This document shows positions 17,675 to 27,405 of a stretch of DNA of 64,000 bases, in pieces. Location of the stretch: IMG/VR virus record IMGVR_UViG_3300034101_003081, positions 1-64,000 of that record. One strand, given 5' to 3'. Each line of letters opens with the position of its first letter. The first letter of the stretch is position 1. The notes below the pieces were generated by a model that ran no database searches, was not told the DNA's origin, and was given only the letters and a program-made list of their open reading frames with translations. The DNA is from a virus. Made by a program: the position numbers and the translations under genes.

Positions 17675-19338
17675 AGCGGCAACTCCATTCGGTAGCGATA
17701 TCCGTCGTCGACGAACATGAAGTCTTTCTTGGCCCTGGTGACTGCCACGTAAGCCACGCGGCACTCTTCGTCGTGCAGGTCAGACAGGGCGTTGCGAGAC
17801 CGCTCGACGCTCGGGCTCGTGATCGACGACAGGATCACCGTGTCGGCCTCTAGCCCCTTCGCGCCGTGGATCGTCGAGAGACGGATCGGAGGGTTTGAGG
17901 CAACTTCTTCGCCGTAGCGAGTTGCCGTATCCAGCCAAGTCTTCGCTCGATCAGAGGACTTCGGCTCAATCGCGAGATGCCACCGCCCCTGCGAGATCAG
18001 CGACGCCAGGGCAGGCGTGACGCCGATCAGTTCGTAGTCGTCTGGAGTGGGACGAATCAGGTCAATGTGCGACATCTTTCCGGACTTCCACGCTGTCTTG
18101 ATGCCGCGAGCGAGCAGTTCGCCGTAGTCGCCACTCTTCACGGCGATCGCCTGGACGGCATTCGCCCAGTCGTCGCCCGAGATCGTGCGGCCGTGCTGGA
18201 GCCCCCACAGGGCAGCGTATCCAGACAATGCCGAAGAGCCTGAAGACTTGTCGATCCACAGGTACGGCATGCCTTTGGCTTGGAGGATCGACTCGTACTC
18301 TTCGAGGGAGTAGGCGCAGCGGCCCAGAATGAGGGCCGACGTGTTGGCAGACAGGCGAGACAGGGCCTCTTCGGCACTGCCGACGCGACTTACGGAGCCG
18401 TCGTGGCCTGCGTGCTGGATTTGCCGATCCCGGTATCCCTTCGTCATCTGCCGCAGGCAGGCCTCCCCCAGGGCCAGCACCTGCCGCGGGCAGCGGTACG
18501 ACCGTTGCATGGTCGACTCGGTGGCCTCCCAGGACATGAAATGCGTGTAGTCGCCGCCGGCGAAACTGTGGATGGACTGGTACGGATCGCCACACAGCCA
18601 GATTCGCTCGATCGACGGGCTGGCAGCGAGCCGCTTGCAGACCATGTCGACGAGAGTCGACGAGTCCTGAGCCTCGTCGATCGCCAGAACACGAAGCCCC
18701 TCTGGCACGTCTCCTTCTGGCTCGGCCTTGTACGGCCCGTCCACCGTGTAGCGGACGCCTGCGAACTTGGCGATCACGTCCGTGAAGTCGAGCCTGCCCT
18801 GCATCTTCTTGGCGTTCTCGTACTTCTCGATCGTCCGACGGGCGTCGGCGAGCGTCGGCGTCTCCTCGCCGCACAAATCCCAGCGAGCCAGAATCGCCTG
18901 GACGCTCGTCATCTTGCTCCGGGCCAGTTCCCAGGCTTTCAGGGCCTGCGGGATCGCCCTGTCGTCTCCTTCGCCGGAGATGTACTGCCTCTCCCCTCGA
19001 CCGTCGATCCTCGTGCTGATCACGCCCCCAACGGCGTCCGAGACGAACTCGTCGCCGTCGCGGCCCTGGATCAGTTGGCCGTCGGCCACGCTGATCTGCC
19101 GGTACGCGATCGCGTGAGCCGTCCGGAACCATCCGTGGCTCGTCAGGGCATCGACGCCGACGTTCCACTCGGCGGCGGCCCTCGCCGCGATCTCGGCCCT
19201 GCCGGCCCTGGTGAACGTGCAGAAGCCGATCTCGTGGACGCCCAGGCCCAGTTCCCGCTTGGCCTGGGAGAGCCGATCGAGGATCAGCCTCGTCTTCCCG
19301 GTGCCAGCCCCGCCAATCGCCCGCTCTACCATTGCCAT
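17671..19338 (-). CDS. UvrD/REP-like SF1 helicase
   Basis: GGAGTGKT, IDEAQD, GDPYQSI, SYRC, STIHGAKGLE and YVAVTRAK motifs. Confidence 0.93.
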   Translation of the reverse strand: MAMVERAIGGAGTGKTRLILDRLSQAKRELGLGVHEIGFCTFTRAGRAEIAARAAAEWNVGVDALTSHGWFRTAHAIAYRQISVADGQLIQGRDGDEFVSDAVGGVISTRIDGRGERQYISGEGDDRAIPQALKAWELARSKMTSVQAILARWDLCGEETPTLADARRTIEKYENAKKMQGRLDFTDVIAKFAGVRYTVDGPYKAEPEGDVPEGLRVLAIDEAQDSSTLVDMVCKRLAASPSIERIWLCGDPYQSIHSFAGGDYTHFMSWEATESTMQRSYRCPRQVLALGEACLRQMTKGYRDRQIQHAGHDGSVSRVGSAEEALSRLSANTSALILGRCAYSLEEYESILQAKGMPYLWIDKSSGSSALSGYAALWGLQHGRTISGDDWANAVQAIAVKSGDYGELLARGIKTAWKSGKMSHIDLIRPTPDDYELIGVTPALASLISQGRWHLAIEPKSSDRAKTWLDTATRYGEEVASNPPIRLSTIHGAKGLEADTVILSSITSPSVERSRNALSDLHDEECRVAYVAVTRAKKDFMFVDDGYRYRMELPL

Positions 19339-19379
19339 GCTCTTTCCCTCCGTGGATGAATGAGACCCAGAAACCGCTC

Positions 19380-19505
19380 AAGTACCGTCCAAGTTCTTGT
19401 CTATATAGGAGTCAAAAGCCATTACCATATAAGGACTTACTCCCGTTTTTGACTTGTAGACTTAGACTTTTACTTTCATAGTCCTAATTATTTCCCTATA
19501 TAGAC
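19380..19505. other. Candidate replication origin
   Basis: Most AT-rich gap seen in the window; 11-bp inverted repeat (19399-19409 / 19495-19505); GACTT iterations; lies between primase and helicase. Confidence 0.55.
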
Positions 19506-21115
19506 CCAGAAAGACGTTCGAGGGCCGCCAGATGATGGTCGCGAAGGATGAACCATCGCGACGAACCGCCGTCGAACCGCTTCGCGTCGGTCTCGAAATC
19601 CATCTCGTTGACCTCTTCCAGCACCATCCGCTTCAGGGCGCGGGTGATCTTCTGCCCAGGCTGCGGGAGGCCCCTCTTACGCCACGCGGCGTATACGGCC
19701 TCGTTCCATTTGAGCCAGAGGCCCCACTTGTCCTTCTTCTTGTCGTAAATCCACTTCGGCACTCCGGAGTGGTTCGGGAGCCTGTCGCTCTCGCTCTCGC
19801 CGCCCTCGGTCTTGGCGAACCCAAATCGGAGGTACTGGTGAAGAATCTGCGCGTGGTTGACCGCTTCGTTGGCCTCGATCGGCGGGATTTCACGATCCGC
19901 GTCGTCGAACAGTTTGCATTTCAGCCCGCGAATCGTCCGCCAGCCTCCGTCCTCGTTCCGGAGGTTCTCTCCGTCCCAGGTCTTCGACCAGCGGGCCGGG
20001 TTCGGATCAAGCACGTCGACGCTCTTCGTGGCCTCCAGAATCGCCACGGCGACGTCTCGCGACCTCGTGATCTCATCAGCGTCGAGCAGGACTGTCACGC
20101 TCCTCTTCTGATTGCTGGGCGACGGGACGTGGAGTTTGTACTCCGGCGGATCGCTCTCGACGATCGTGAGCCGCCACGACCCAGGCTCCCAGCACCCGTC
20201 CTCGTGGTTCCACGCGAGGCCGTATCGCTCGAACGGCCGCTTGGACTTCCGCTCGATCTGCTTCTGCTGGTAGTGGAGGAACTGGTCTTTCGCGATCTTC
20301 ACGACCTCGTCCTGGCTCTTCGGCGGCTGACACCTCGCGGCGTTCGCCCCTTCGAGCAGGGTAGCGACCATCTTGAGGTTGGCCGTCGTGTATTCACCGA
20401 CGCGAGCGCACAGCCAACTGGCCGCCCCGACCAAGAACGCATGCCGCCCGCCCTCTTTGACTGCCTCGTCTCCTCCGAGAGTCTCGCGGGCTTGGGCCAC
20501 AAGGCCAGAGCCCTTGCGTTTCGACGAATCGAGGATCGCAGCCATGAAGGCGTCCGGCAGCACGGCTGGATTGCAATCGTCTGGAGACTTGCCAGGCAGC
20601 CACTGGTACTGCTTGCCACTTTTGTGCCACGACGGCGGAATCACCGACTGGCTGGCGGCATCCCCGCCGCCGATGCGGACCTCCAGGCCCTCGACCTTGA
20701 CTACACCCGCGTCAGGCAGGCCAGGCGAGTACTGAAAAATCCGATGCTCGCCACGTCCGCTGGAGTACGTGGGCGTGTCGATCGTGTCCAGGCCGAACCG
20801 TTTCAGGACTTGCTCGGCCTCCGGTGAGTCGAACTCGACGTCGATCACGCCCGAAGAGGCTCCGAGCCTGACGCCAAAGTTCGAGCGGGTGTGTTCCTCG
20901 ACGTCTTCGAGCCATGACCAGATTTGCGACTCGTCGTCGGTGGCTCGATCCGGCCAGCCGCTGCCACCGTGCGGATGCTTGCCGGGCGTCGGGCATTCAG
21001 GGCGGCCACAAGTGCAGGTGAAGTTGTCACGCACGCCCCACAGTCGAACGATCTTCCAGCCCCTAGCAGCGAGCGACGAGACTTCTGAAAAAATACGATC
21101 AGCGTTGTAGTTCAC
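19496..21115 (-). CDS. Bifunctional primase-polymerase (Prim-Pol N-terminal + PriCT-like)
   Basis: CTCG...C.TPGKHP, NFGV, IDVEFD, GRGEH.IF, IPPS.H.SG..Y.W and EGGRH motifs. Confidence 0.85.
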   Translation of the reverse strand: MNYNADRIFSEVSSLAARGWKIVRLWGVRDNFTCTCGRPECPTPGKHPHGGSGWPDRATDDESQIWSWLEDVEEHTRSNFGVRLGASSGVIDVEFDSPEAEQVLKRFGLDTIDTPTYSSGRGEHRIFQYSPGLPDAGVVKVEGLEVRIGGGDAASQSVIPPSWHKSGKQYQWLPGKSPDDCNPAVLPDAFMAAILDSSKRKGSGLVAQARETLGGDEAVKEGGRHAFLVGAASWLCARVGEYTTANLKMVATLLEGANAARCQPPKSQDEVVKIAKDQFLHYQQKQIERKSKRPFERYGLAWNHEDGCWEPGSWRLTIVESDPPEYKLHVPSPSNQKRSVTVLLDADEITRSRDVAVAILEATKSVDVLDPNPARWSKTWDGENLRNEDGGWRTIRGLKCKLFDDADREIPPIEANEAVNHAQILHQYLRFGFAKTEGGESESDRLPNHSGVPKWIYDKKKDKWGLWLKWNEAVYAAWRKRGLPQPGQKITRALKRMVLEEVNEMDFETDAKRFDGGSSRWFILRDHHLAALERLSGSI

Positions 21116-21139
21116 GATAGAACCCTCCGTGGTTGGAAT

Positions 21140-21210
21140 GAAAAAATGAAAAAACGAAGAAGCGGCCCCCTCGCCGTGTCGCTTTTTGACGGCGTATGCA
21201 CGGCGAGGGG
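21140..21210 (-). terminator. Strong hairpin followed by U tracts
   Basis: 12-bp stem CCCCTCGCCGTG/CACGGCGAGGGG (21167-21210), then TTCTTCGTTTTTTCATTTTTT on the minus strand. Confidence 0.5.
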
Positions 21211-21246
21211 TTCGCGGGGAAAGGAGAAAAACCCGCGCCGCCTAGA

Positions 21247-22053
21247 TCAGAAGGGGACTTCGCTCGCCTCGTCCGCAGACAAGACGCTCGACTGAGCCCG
21301 CGAGACGCGGTCCTCAATCGGTGGACACACGATGTTGGTCATCGTGTCCGTGAACCGCCCCTTGGCGAGCATGCCGGTCTGCTCGTCGACGGAGCCAATG
21401 GACTTGGCGACGAGGACGGCGTAGTCCGCCCTCGCTCCCTTCCGCTTCTCCAGGGTCAGTTCCACGATCGCTCGGAAGTGGAACAGGCCCTCGGCCGTGA
21501 TGCCACGCAGGAGATCGTCGACGGCCCGCAGGCTCGTCGAACTCACTCGCACGAACACCGGCTGATTGTCCTCCTCGCGGAGAACACCCAGCACGCGACT
21601 GCTCTTGGCGCGGGGCGGCTTGGCGCCCTTGCCCTGGCCCTGCCACTGGCAGTACGGAATCTTCTTCCAGTCGTAGGTGCCGTCGGCACGCTTGGCCGCC
21701 TCGATCACGTTCGGATCGAGGTCGCCGTAGTCGCTGCCGATCTTGTGGCCAGTCACGCCGTCGAGCGAAACGAGCAGAGGCCTGCTGCCGCTCGCGGCGT
21801 CAACGTGCGGCCACAAGACTTGCTCAGTCTTGGAGACGACGACGAGCAAGCCCGTGATCGCCTTCTCGCTGAACTCAGCCCCGGCCTTGTTCGACCACGA
21901 CCATCGAGTCGCGCCGCCAGTGGGGATTTTCACCCACGTCAGGTCGCTACTGCGAAGAGCCGCGCCGCCGAGATTGGCTTCGAGAAGGGCCGCCGCGGCG
22001 TTTCCTTCTTCGAGGGCACGGAAAGAACCCACAACTGCCAGATCGTTGCTCAT
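21247..22053 (-). CDS. Putative ssDNA-binding/annealing protein
   Basis: VKIPTGG..W motif; acidic C-terminus ending EVPF; adjacent to the exonuclease. Confidence 0.55.
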   Translation of the reverse strand: MSNDLAVVGSFRALEEGNAAAALLEANLGGAALRSSDLTWVKIPTGGATRWSWSNKAGAEFSEKAITGLLVVVSKTEQVLWPHVDAASGSRPLLVSLDGVTGHKIGSDYGDLDPNVIEAAKRADGTYDWKKIPYCQWQGQGKGAKPPRAKSSRVLGVLREEDNQPVFVRVSSTSLRAVDDLLRGITAEGLFHFRAIVELTLEKRKGARADYAVLVAKSIGSVDEQTGMLAKGRFTDTMTNIVCPPIEDRVSRAQSSVLSADEASEVPF

Positions 22054-22087
22054 TTTTGAGCCTCCTTGGGGAATCGTATCCAGACAA

Positions 22088-22936
22088 CTAAAACACCAAC
22101 TCTTGCACGGCGTGATACGAAGCGGGCACGTACGAGCCCGTTTCGCGTCGGGTGCGGATCGCATTGAGCGTCCGCGTGATTTCGTCGGCCGCCCTCGCCA
22201 TGGCATCGCCCGGCAGCGTCACGACCTTGACGTTGAACGGCGCGAAGGTCTGCACGACGATGAACTTGAAGTCGAACGGCTCGAAGCCAGCCACGCGGGC
22301 AGCGTCGGCATACCAGACAGCCTGCCAGTCGTAGCCGAATCTCCGGAACGAGAACTTCAAGTCTCGCCAGTCGCTGCTCGTGGTCTTGAGATCGAACCAC
22401 TCTCGCGGCGTGACGCCGTCAGCGCGGGCTTTTCGAGCGTGTCCTTCCGCGTCCGTCCAGAACACGCTGTACTGCGAGTGCCTCGCGGCTTCGACGAGCA
22501 ACCTCGCGGCGTCATGCTCACGGATCGCGTCGATGATTTCCTGCACCTTCGCGTAGTCCGTGGCGTTACACTCGCAGAAGCCGGAGGGCAGGGTGGATTT
22601 CCATTCTTGGTAGGCCTTGCCTCGACGGGAGCCGTCCGATGCCAGGACGCTATCTGGCGGCACGGCGACTTGCGATCGCCAGTCCATGCCGCGAATCTCA
22701 GCGCCGCAAGCCACGTCCACGAGCGTGCCGAAGCCCGTGCTGGCATTGCCCCCGAAGAGCGTGCCGCCGCGCTCGGCGTACTGCTGCGACCGTCCGCCCA
22801 TCTCGTCGTCGGCGTAACGGTGCGCCGTCGAGCGGCTGATGTGGTTCTTCTCGGCGTGGTAGACCTCGTTCGGCATGTCCACGTCAATGAACGGCCCGCT
22901 CTTCGTGTCGATTACCGTGTCCGTACTAACAGTCAT
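22088..22936 (-). CDS. RecE-like PD-(D/E)XK exonuclease (DUF3799-type)
   Basis: YHA...ISRS, KARADG, FDLKT, GYDWQAVWY and FKFIVVQ motifs. Confidence 0.85.
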   Translation of the reverse strand: MTVSTDTVIDTKSGPFIDVDMPNEVYHAEKNHISRSTAHRYADDEMGGRSQQYAERGGTLFGGNASTGFGTLVDVACGAEIRGMDWRSQVAVPPDSVLASDGSRRGKAYQEWKSTLPSGFCECNATDYAKVQEIIDAIREHDAARLLVEAARHSQYSVFWTDAEGHARKARADGVTPREWFDLKTTSSDWRDLKFSFRRFGYDWQAVWYADAARVAGFEPFDFKFIVVQTFAPFNVKVVTLPGDAMARAADEITRTLNAIRTRRETGSYVPASYHAVQELVF

Positions 22937-24294
22937 GCGGGAACCCTCCGTGTGAGACGCGAGTACACAGACTCGGCGACGTCCTTTTTGTCTTGCAATG
23001 CCCGGTAGATCGCCTCGTCGACCGTGTTCTCGGCGACAAGGTGATAGAACCGGCACGGCCGAGTTTGGCCCGGCCGCCGGATTCGTGCCGTCGACTGCTC
23101 GAAGTCACCGAGCGAATGCGACAGCGAGTAGTACAGGCAGTAGCAAGACCTCGTCATGTCAACGCCGACTCCTCCGGCCTGCTGCTGCACTACCAGGGCA
23201 GTTGTATCGCCACGCTGCCATTGGTCAAGAGATTTTTCTCGGCCTGAAAGTTCCGACGACGAGCGGCCCAGTTCTCGTAGCACGTCGCGGCACGCATCGA
23301 GGTCAGAGACGAACTTGCAGAAGATGACGACGGGCTCGTTCGCCGGCAGGCACTCCAGCCACTCTCGCAGTGCTTCTCGCTTGGGATTCTTCGACGAGAC
23401 GGGCACAAGTTGCCCTTCGCTTGTCACGGCGAAGCCGCTCGTGGCCTGCTGGAGTTTGCCAACGACGACAAGTTTGTTTGCCGCCGTCACTGTCTCGCCC
23501 GTGTCCAGCGTGGCGACCATCTCGTCTTCGATGGCTTCGTAGTATTTTCTCGCGTCTACAGGCAAAGAGACGACGATGTCTGTGTGAATAGACTCTGGGA
23601 GCGTCAAGACTTGATCAGACGTGACTCGGTAGACATGCGGATCAAGTCTCTTGCTCAGGGCCTGGATGGCCTCGGGCTTGAAGTCAATAACCCAGGCAGG
23701 ATGACGGGGGTGTGTGTTCGCGATTCGCGACCGGAACGCTGTATACGAGCCACCGAGAATCTCGGGGTCCAGAAAACGGAACTGAGCCCACCAGTCCAGC
23801 GGCGAGTTTGGGCATGGCGTCCCAGACATGCAGATACGTTTCGCGTTCTTGTGCCTGGCAGCAAGTTTCGCCAGCCACCGCGACCGCTTTCCAGACGGGC
23901 TCTTCACAAGATGCGACTCGTCAAGAACGATGGCGTCCCACTTCACAGCCTCGATCTGCTTGCCGAGTTCGCCTCGCCAGACGGCGTCGTAGTTGGCGAC
24001 CACGACGAACCGATTGTCTCGGGCCGCAACCTTCTCGACGGCCTTCGCCCTTGCCTTCGACGAGCCGTCGACGACGAGGCACGTCTCGCGGTTCGAGTCC
24101 CACAGTCCGATCTGCTTGACCCAGGCCGGCCCAACGGCGATCGGGCAGCAGACCAGCACTCGCTGGCAGGCCCGAAGGGCGATCAAGCACGCGCCGGTTT
24201 TGCCGGTGCCCATGTCACCGTTCAGGTACGCCGCAAGTCGCTGGCTAATCCAGTCGGCTTCGTCGAGTTGATGCTGCCACGGCTCAATCGGCAT
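22933..24294 (-). CDS. SNF2-family helicase
   Basis: DMGTGKT, LDESH, SGTP, GGVGVDM and QSTARIRRPGQ motifs. Confidence 0.92.
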   Translation of the reverse strand: MPIEPWQHQLDEADWISQRLAAYLNGDMGTGKTGACLIALRACQRVLVCCPIAVGPAWVKQIGLWDSNRETCLVVDGSSKARAKAVEKVAARDNRFVVVANYDAVWRGELGKQIEAVKWDAIVLDESHLVKSPSGKRSRWLAKLAARHKNAKRICMSGTPCPNSPLDWWAQFRFLDPEILGGSYTAFRSRIANTHPRHPAWVIDFKPEAIQALSKRLDPHVYRVTSDQVLTLPESIHTDIVVSLPVDARKYYEAIEDEMVATLDTGETVTAANKLVVVGKLQQATSGFAVTSEGQLVPVSSKNPKREALREWLECLPANEPVVIFCKFVSDLDACRDVLRELGRSSSELSGREKSLDQWQRGDTTALVVQQQAGGVGVDMTRSCYCLYYSLSHSLGDFEQSTARIRRPGQTRPCRFYHLVAENTVDEAIYRALQDKKDVAESVYSRLTRRVPA

Positions 24295-24625
24295 CGTAGA
24301 CATCCTCCCAGTACACGTCGATCGCCAGTTCTTCCTGCTGGCACTTCTCAAACTCTTTGGCGTCGCCGATGGTGGCCCAGCACTCGGCGGCGTCCTGCCA
24401 CGAAGCGGCAGCCATGGCGCCGAGCCCAGCCTTGCGGTAGTAGTTCGCCGATCGCTCGTAGTTGCGAGCCGCGCGGCGGTGCTGCCGGAAATGCTTGGGG
24501 GTCAACGGAAGACCGCCGCCGCTGTCTTCGAGATCGTCGGCTGCCTCGCTGATCAGTCGATCTGCCGTCGCGATCCACGACTGCCGATGCTTCGCGAACG
24601 GCCAGGAAAACTTGTTCTTGTCCAT
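24284..24625 (-). CDS. Hypothetical helical protein
   Basis: AGGAG RBS, MDKNKF start. Confidence 0.6.
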   Translation of the reverse strand: MDKNKFSWPFAKHRQSWIATADRLISEAADDLEDSGGGLPLTPKHFRQHRRAARNYERSANYYRKAGLGAMAAASWQDAAECWATIGDAKEFEKCQQEELAIDVYWEDVYDAD

Positions 24626-24636
24626 GAGTGCGGCTC

Positions 24637-24918
24637 CTAGTTGAGTTCCGCGTTTACCAAGAAAAGCACACGCGCCGCGGCTTTCCAGTCGACGCCGTCG
24701 AGGGCTCTGATCAAGAGTTCGTGGGCAAAGCCAGGCGCGCGAACGCGCGCCAAGGAGAGCAGGCACGATGTCTCCATAATCTTGGCGAGGTAGCGCTCTC
24801 GCTCAGATTCCGAGCGCCTTTTTGCGTCGCTGCCTGCCAGCCACTTCTGGGCTTCCTCCAAGAAGTCTTTATGCTTGCGAAACTCGTCGACGATGATCTG
24901 CGTGTATGCGTCTATCAC
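24637..24918 (-). CDS. Hypothetical protein
   Basis: Tiles the gap; AAGGA RBS. Confidence 0.55.
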   Translation of the reverse strand: MIDAYTQIIVDEFRKHKDFLEEAQKWLAGSDAKRRSESERERYLAKIMETSCLLSLARVRAPGFAHELLIRALDGVDWKAAARVLFLVNAELN

Positions 24919-24962
24919 TGAGAGAGTCCTTCCTTCTAGGAGAGTGCGTGTCCGTACAAAAA

Positions 24963-25220
24963 CTACCGATACCGACTGGCGATCGACTGAAGTTCAGAAG
25001 CGTAGGCGTCGAGTGTTGATGCGATGTGCGCCTTCGCCTCGGTCTCGGTCTCGAATACCTTCTCGTAGTACAGAACCCGCATGCGTCCGTCGTCCTTCCG
25101 CCGCACCAACTTGTCAGCAGCGCTCACGACCTCGGCCTGGTACATTTCCACGGATGTTTCTGGGCGGCCAAAGCCGAGACCGGCCCACGCGACCCACACT
25201 GAATGTCCGTCAGCGAGCAT
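24963..25220 (-). CDS. Hypothetical protein
   Basis: Tiles with neighbours. Confidence 0.5.
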   Translation of the reverse strand: MLADGHSVWVAWAGLGFGRPETSVEMYQAEVVSAADKLVRRKDDGRMRVLYYEKVFETETEAKAHIASTLDAYASELQSIASRYR

Positions 25221-25524
25221 TTTTCTTTCCCTTTCGTTTCTTGCCGAGAATCTTGTATGGCCTCGGCACCAACCCTGCCGGACTCTTGCGCCGCCCGGCG
25301 ATGTGCAAGACTGCGTACTGACCGTCTCGATCTGTGGCATTGATCCACTCGCAAGCCCCCCTCGCGCAGTGCGAGTGGAACGTGTACGGACCCTTGGCCT
25401 TCATGGCGACCTTCTCGCCGTTGGGGCCTTTCCAGTACGGCCCCCCCGACGCCCGGAACGTATCGCCGCGAGCCAGTTCCACTCGCTCGCTGACACGATA
25501 CGTTCCGGAGACGACAACCTTCAT
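25210..25524 (-). CDS. Hypothetical basic protein
   Basis: AGGAG RBS; ATGA coupling. Confidence 0.55.
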   Translation of the reverse strand: MKVVVSGTYRVSERVELARGDTFRASGGPYWKGPNGEKVAMKAKGPYTFHSHCARGACEWINATDRDGQYAVLHIAGRRKSPAGLVPRPYKILGKKRKGKKNAR

Positions 25525-25874
25525 GCGTCCCGCTCCTTGATCTGGATGTAGAGATTGTCCGGCGCTTCATCGAAGTACTTGAAGAGCGCCGGGCAGAGCC
25601 ATCCATGAACTCCACCCAGGTCATCGCACGCATACCAGTTGCCGCCGTATTCCGGCCCGACGAGCCGGAACGACGTCTGATGCTCAGGGAACTTCTGGTC
25701 CGAGAACACCAGCGTGAACTTCTCTGAACATCCTGGCACTTGCGATGCCAGGGAGCCCAGCACTGAATCCGCACCGGCGACAAACGGCTCCTTGACGAGC
25801 CCCACAGCGGGGTCGTCGAACACGAGGGAACCGTTGTCCCAGTAGGGATGAATCACACGAATCGAGTTCTTCAT
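25521..25874 (-). CDS. DUF6717-like protein
   Basis: I.PY...VFDD...GL.KEPFVAGAD, FSD.KFP and GWLCPAL..YF motifs. Confidence 0.7.
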   Translation of the reverse strand: MKNSIRVIHPYWDNGSLVFDDPAVGLVKEPFVAGADSVLGSLASQVPGCSEKFTLVFSDQKFPEHQTSFRLVGPEYGGNWYACDDLGGVHGWLCPALFKYFDEAPDNLYIQIKERDA

Positions 25875-26266
25875 TTTTCGTCTCCTTCTTTTTCTGCGGA
25901 CTCGTCGAACACTTCTTGGGCGTGGCTGTGATACCACTCGGCCACCTTCTGCTCGATGTAGCAGTAGATAGCCGTCATGCCATGGTTCTCGCGAGGATTC
26001 GTTCCGATGCCGACAGTCTCGTACGCCTCCTCCAAGTCTCGGCCGTGCAAGTACCACGTCGCCTCGATTTCGCTCGTCCGGATCGGCACCGATCCGTCGA
26101 TGATCGAGTGGACGTCCCCCGAGTAGTCGAGGTCGTTGTGCAGGCACGGCAGGTCTTCGGGCTCCTCTCGCTCAACGTAAGACTTGAGCAAGTCTCGAAC
26201 TTCGTCGATCGCCGAGTCGACACGATCTTGCAGCGTGTCTTCGATCTCGATGGTGATCTTGGGCAT
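25871..26266 (-). CDS. Ocr-like acidic DNA-mimic (anti-restriction) protein
   Basis: Very acidic; HSIIDGSVPIRTSEI resembles T7 Ocr HMAADNAVPHYYADI; YIEQ...W...acidic tail. Confidence 0.6.
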   Translation of the reverse strand: MPKITIEIEDTLQDRVDSAIDEVRDLLKSYVEREEPEDLPCLHNDLDYSGDVHSIIDGSVPIRTSEIEATWYLHGRDLEEAYETVGIGTNPRENHGMTAIYCYIEQKVAEWYHSHAQEVFDESAEKEGDEK

Positions 26267-26286
26267 GGTCAGGACTCCTTTTTCTT

Positions 26287-26754
26287 TTAGACAGGCCACA
26301 CGTACGGAAGATCAGCCGGCTCGGACCATCCGAACCGCGAGTAATGCTCCGGAAACTTCCGGAGAAGGTTGGAGCGATGACTGGCATGGAACTCTGGCCG
26401 ACCAATCCAGCCTGGGAGCCCAGAGACGCTGCTCGGTGCGATGTCGGCGTAGGTCAGGCGAATCCACTCGCTGGCCTCGACGAACTGCTGAGTTAGCGTG
26501 TCCTTAAAACCCCTGGCGACCCACTCGTCGCAGACGGCGATCGCGTAGTGGGCCAGGGCCCGCTCGAAGCCGTACCACGCCTTGACGGCGGGGTGGTTCT
26601 TCCAGCGGCTCGCCGAGTTGCCATCGTGCTGGCCGACAGGCACACCGAGAGCGATGAGGATTTGCTTGGCCTCGACTCGCTGCTTGCCGAGACGACGGTC
26701 GTCGAGGCAGCGGGCCGAGTCGCGAAACGATGGCAGGGGCAGGAATGTTTGCAT
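26287..26754 (-). CDS. Pyrimidine-dimer glycosylase / endonuclease V family (MSMEG_6728-like)
   Basis: MQTFLP..F..SA..LD.RRLGKQRVEA.QIL, NHPAV, HASHRSNLLRK and LPYVWP motifs. Confidence 0.85.
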   Translation of the reverse strand: MQTFLPLPSFRDSARCLDDRRLGKQRVEAKQILIALGVPVGQHDGNSASRWKNHPAVKAWYGFERALAHYAIAVCDEWVARGFKDTLTQQFVEASEWIRLTYADIAPSSVSGLPGWIGRPEFHASHRSNLLRKFPEHYSRFGWSEPADLPYVWPV

Positions 26755-26822
26755 TGCTTTGCGTCTCCTTGTGTTGCGTATCCGTACAACTGTGCGAACT
26801 ATCGGGAATGGTTGCGAGATCG

Positions 26823-27071
26823 TCAAGGGGTCGTTCGTGCGTATGACAGAACTGCGAGAGCCTCGCGAACGAGACGCTCGGTTTGCTCGTGCCTCTGCTG
26901 CCGCATCTCTGCGAAGCCGGTGTACTTTCCGCTCAGGTCGCAGTACGCGATGCTCTCGTTCGCCTTGTCGACGAGGCGGCGAACCTTGATCGCCTCGTTG
27001 GCGAGCAACTTCGCGACGAGGTCGGCCTGGGCTGGCGTAAGCGTGATTGTGACTGGCTGGCGATCGTTCAT
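26823..27071 (-). CDS. Hypothetical protein
   Basis: GGAGGAG RBS; downstream of a TTGACA promoter. Confidence 0.6.
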   Translation of the reverse strand: MNDRQPVTITLTPAQADLVAKLLANEAIKVRRLVDKANESIAYCDLSGKYTGFAEMRQQRHEQTERLVREALAVLSYARTTP

Positions 27072-27089
27072 GGCTCCTCCGTAGCGTGG

Positions 27090-27123
27090 CAAGTGGTAGC
27101 GTGTCCGTACAAAATCTGTCAAG
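27090..27123 (-). promoter_or_regulatory. Promoter-like site with operator motif in the spacer
   Basis: TTGACA (27117-27122) followed by the 15-bp motif (27099-27113); the -10 element is weak. Confidence 0.5.
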
Positions 27124-27126
27124 CCG

Positions 27127-27405
27127 TTATTTTTGAGATTCTTCTTCGAGTTTCTTCCTGAGCCAGTTCGCATCGTCGACGAGCCCGCGCTCAACGAACT
27201 CTTCGATACGGCGTTCGAGCGAGCAGAGCCTGCACCCAGGCGTGTTGTTTCCGCACAGAAACTTGTTTCCGCGATCGCACTGTCTCCCGTGCGGGCACTT
27301 GTGCGGACGCATGCCCTTTCCGGTGTGTATTTTCGGGTTCGACATGATCTCTCGCCCGCAGTGTCCGCACCGCTTTCGCTTTGGAGCAAGCGGCGACCGT
27401 CTCAT
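27127..27405 (-). CDS. Cys/His-rich Zn-binding hypothetical protein
   Basis: CGHC, HKCPHGRQC and CRLC motifs. Confidence 0.55.
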   Translation of the reverse strand: MRRSPLAPKRKRCGHCGREIMSNPKIHTGKGMRPHKCPHGRQCDRGNKFLCGNNTPGCRLCSLERRIEEFVERGLVDDANWLRKKLEEESQK

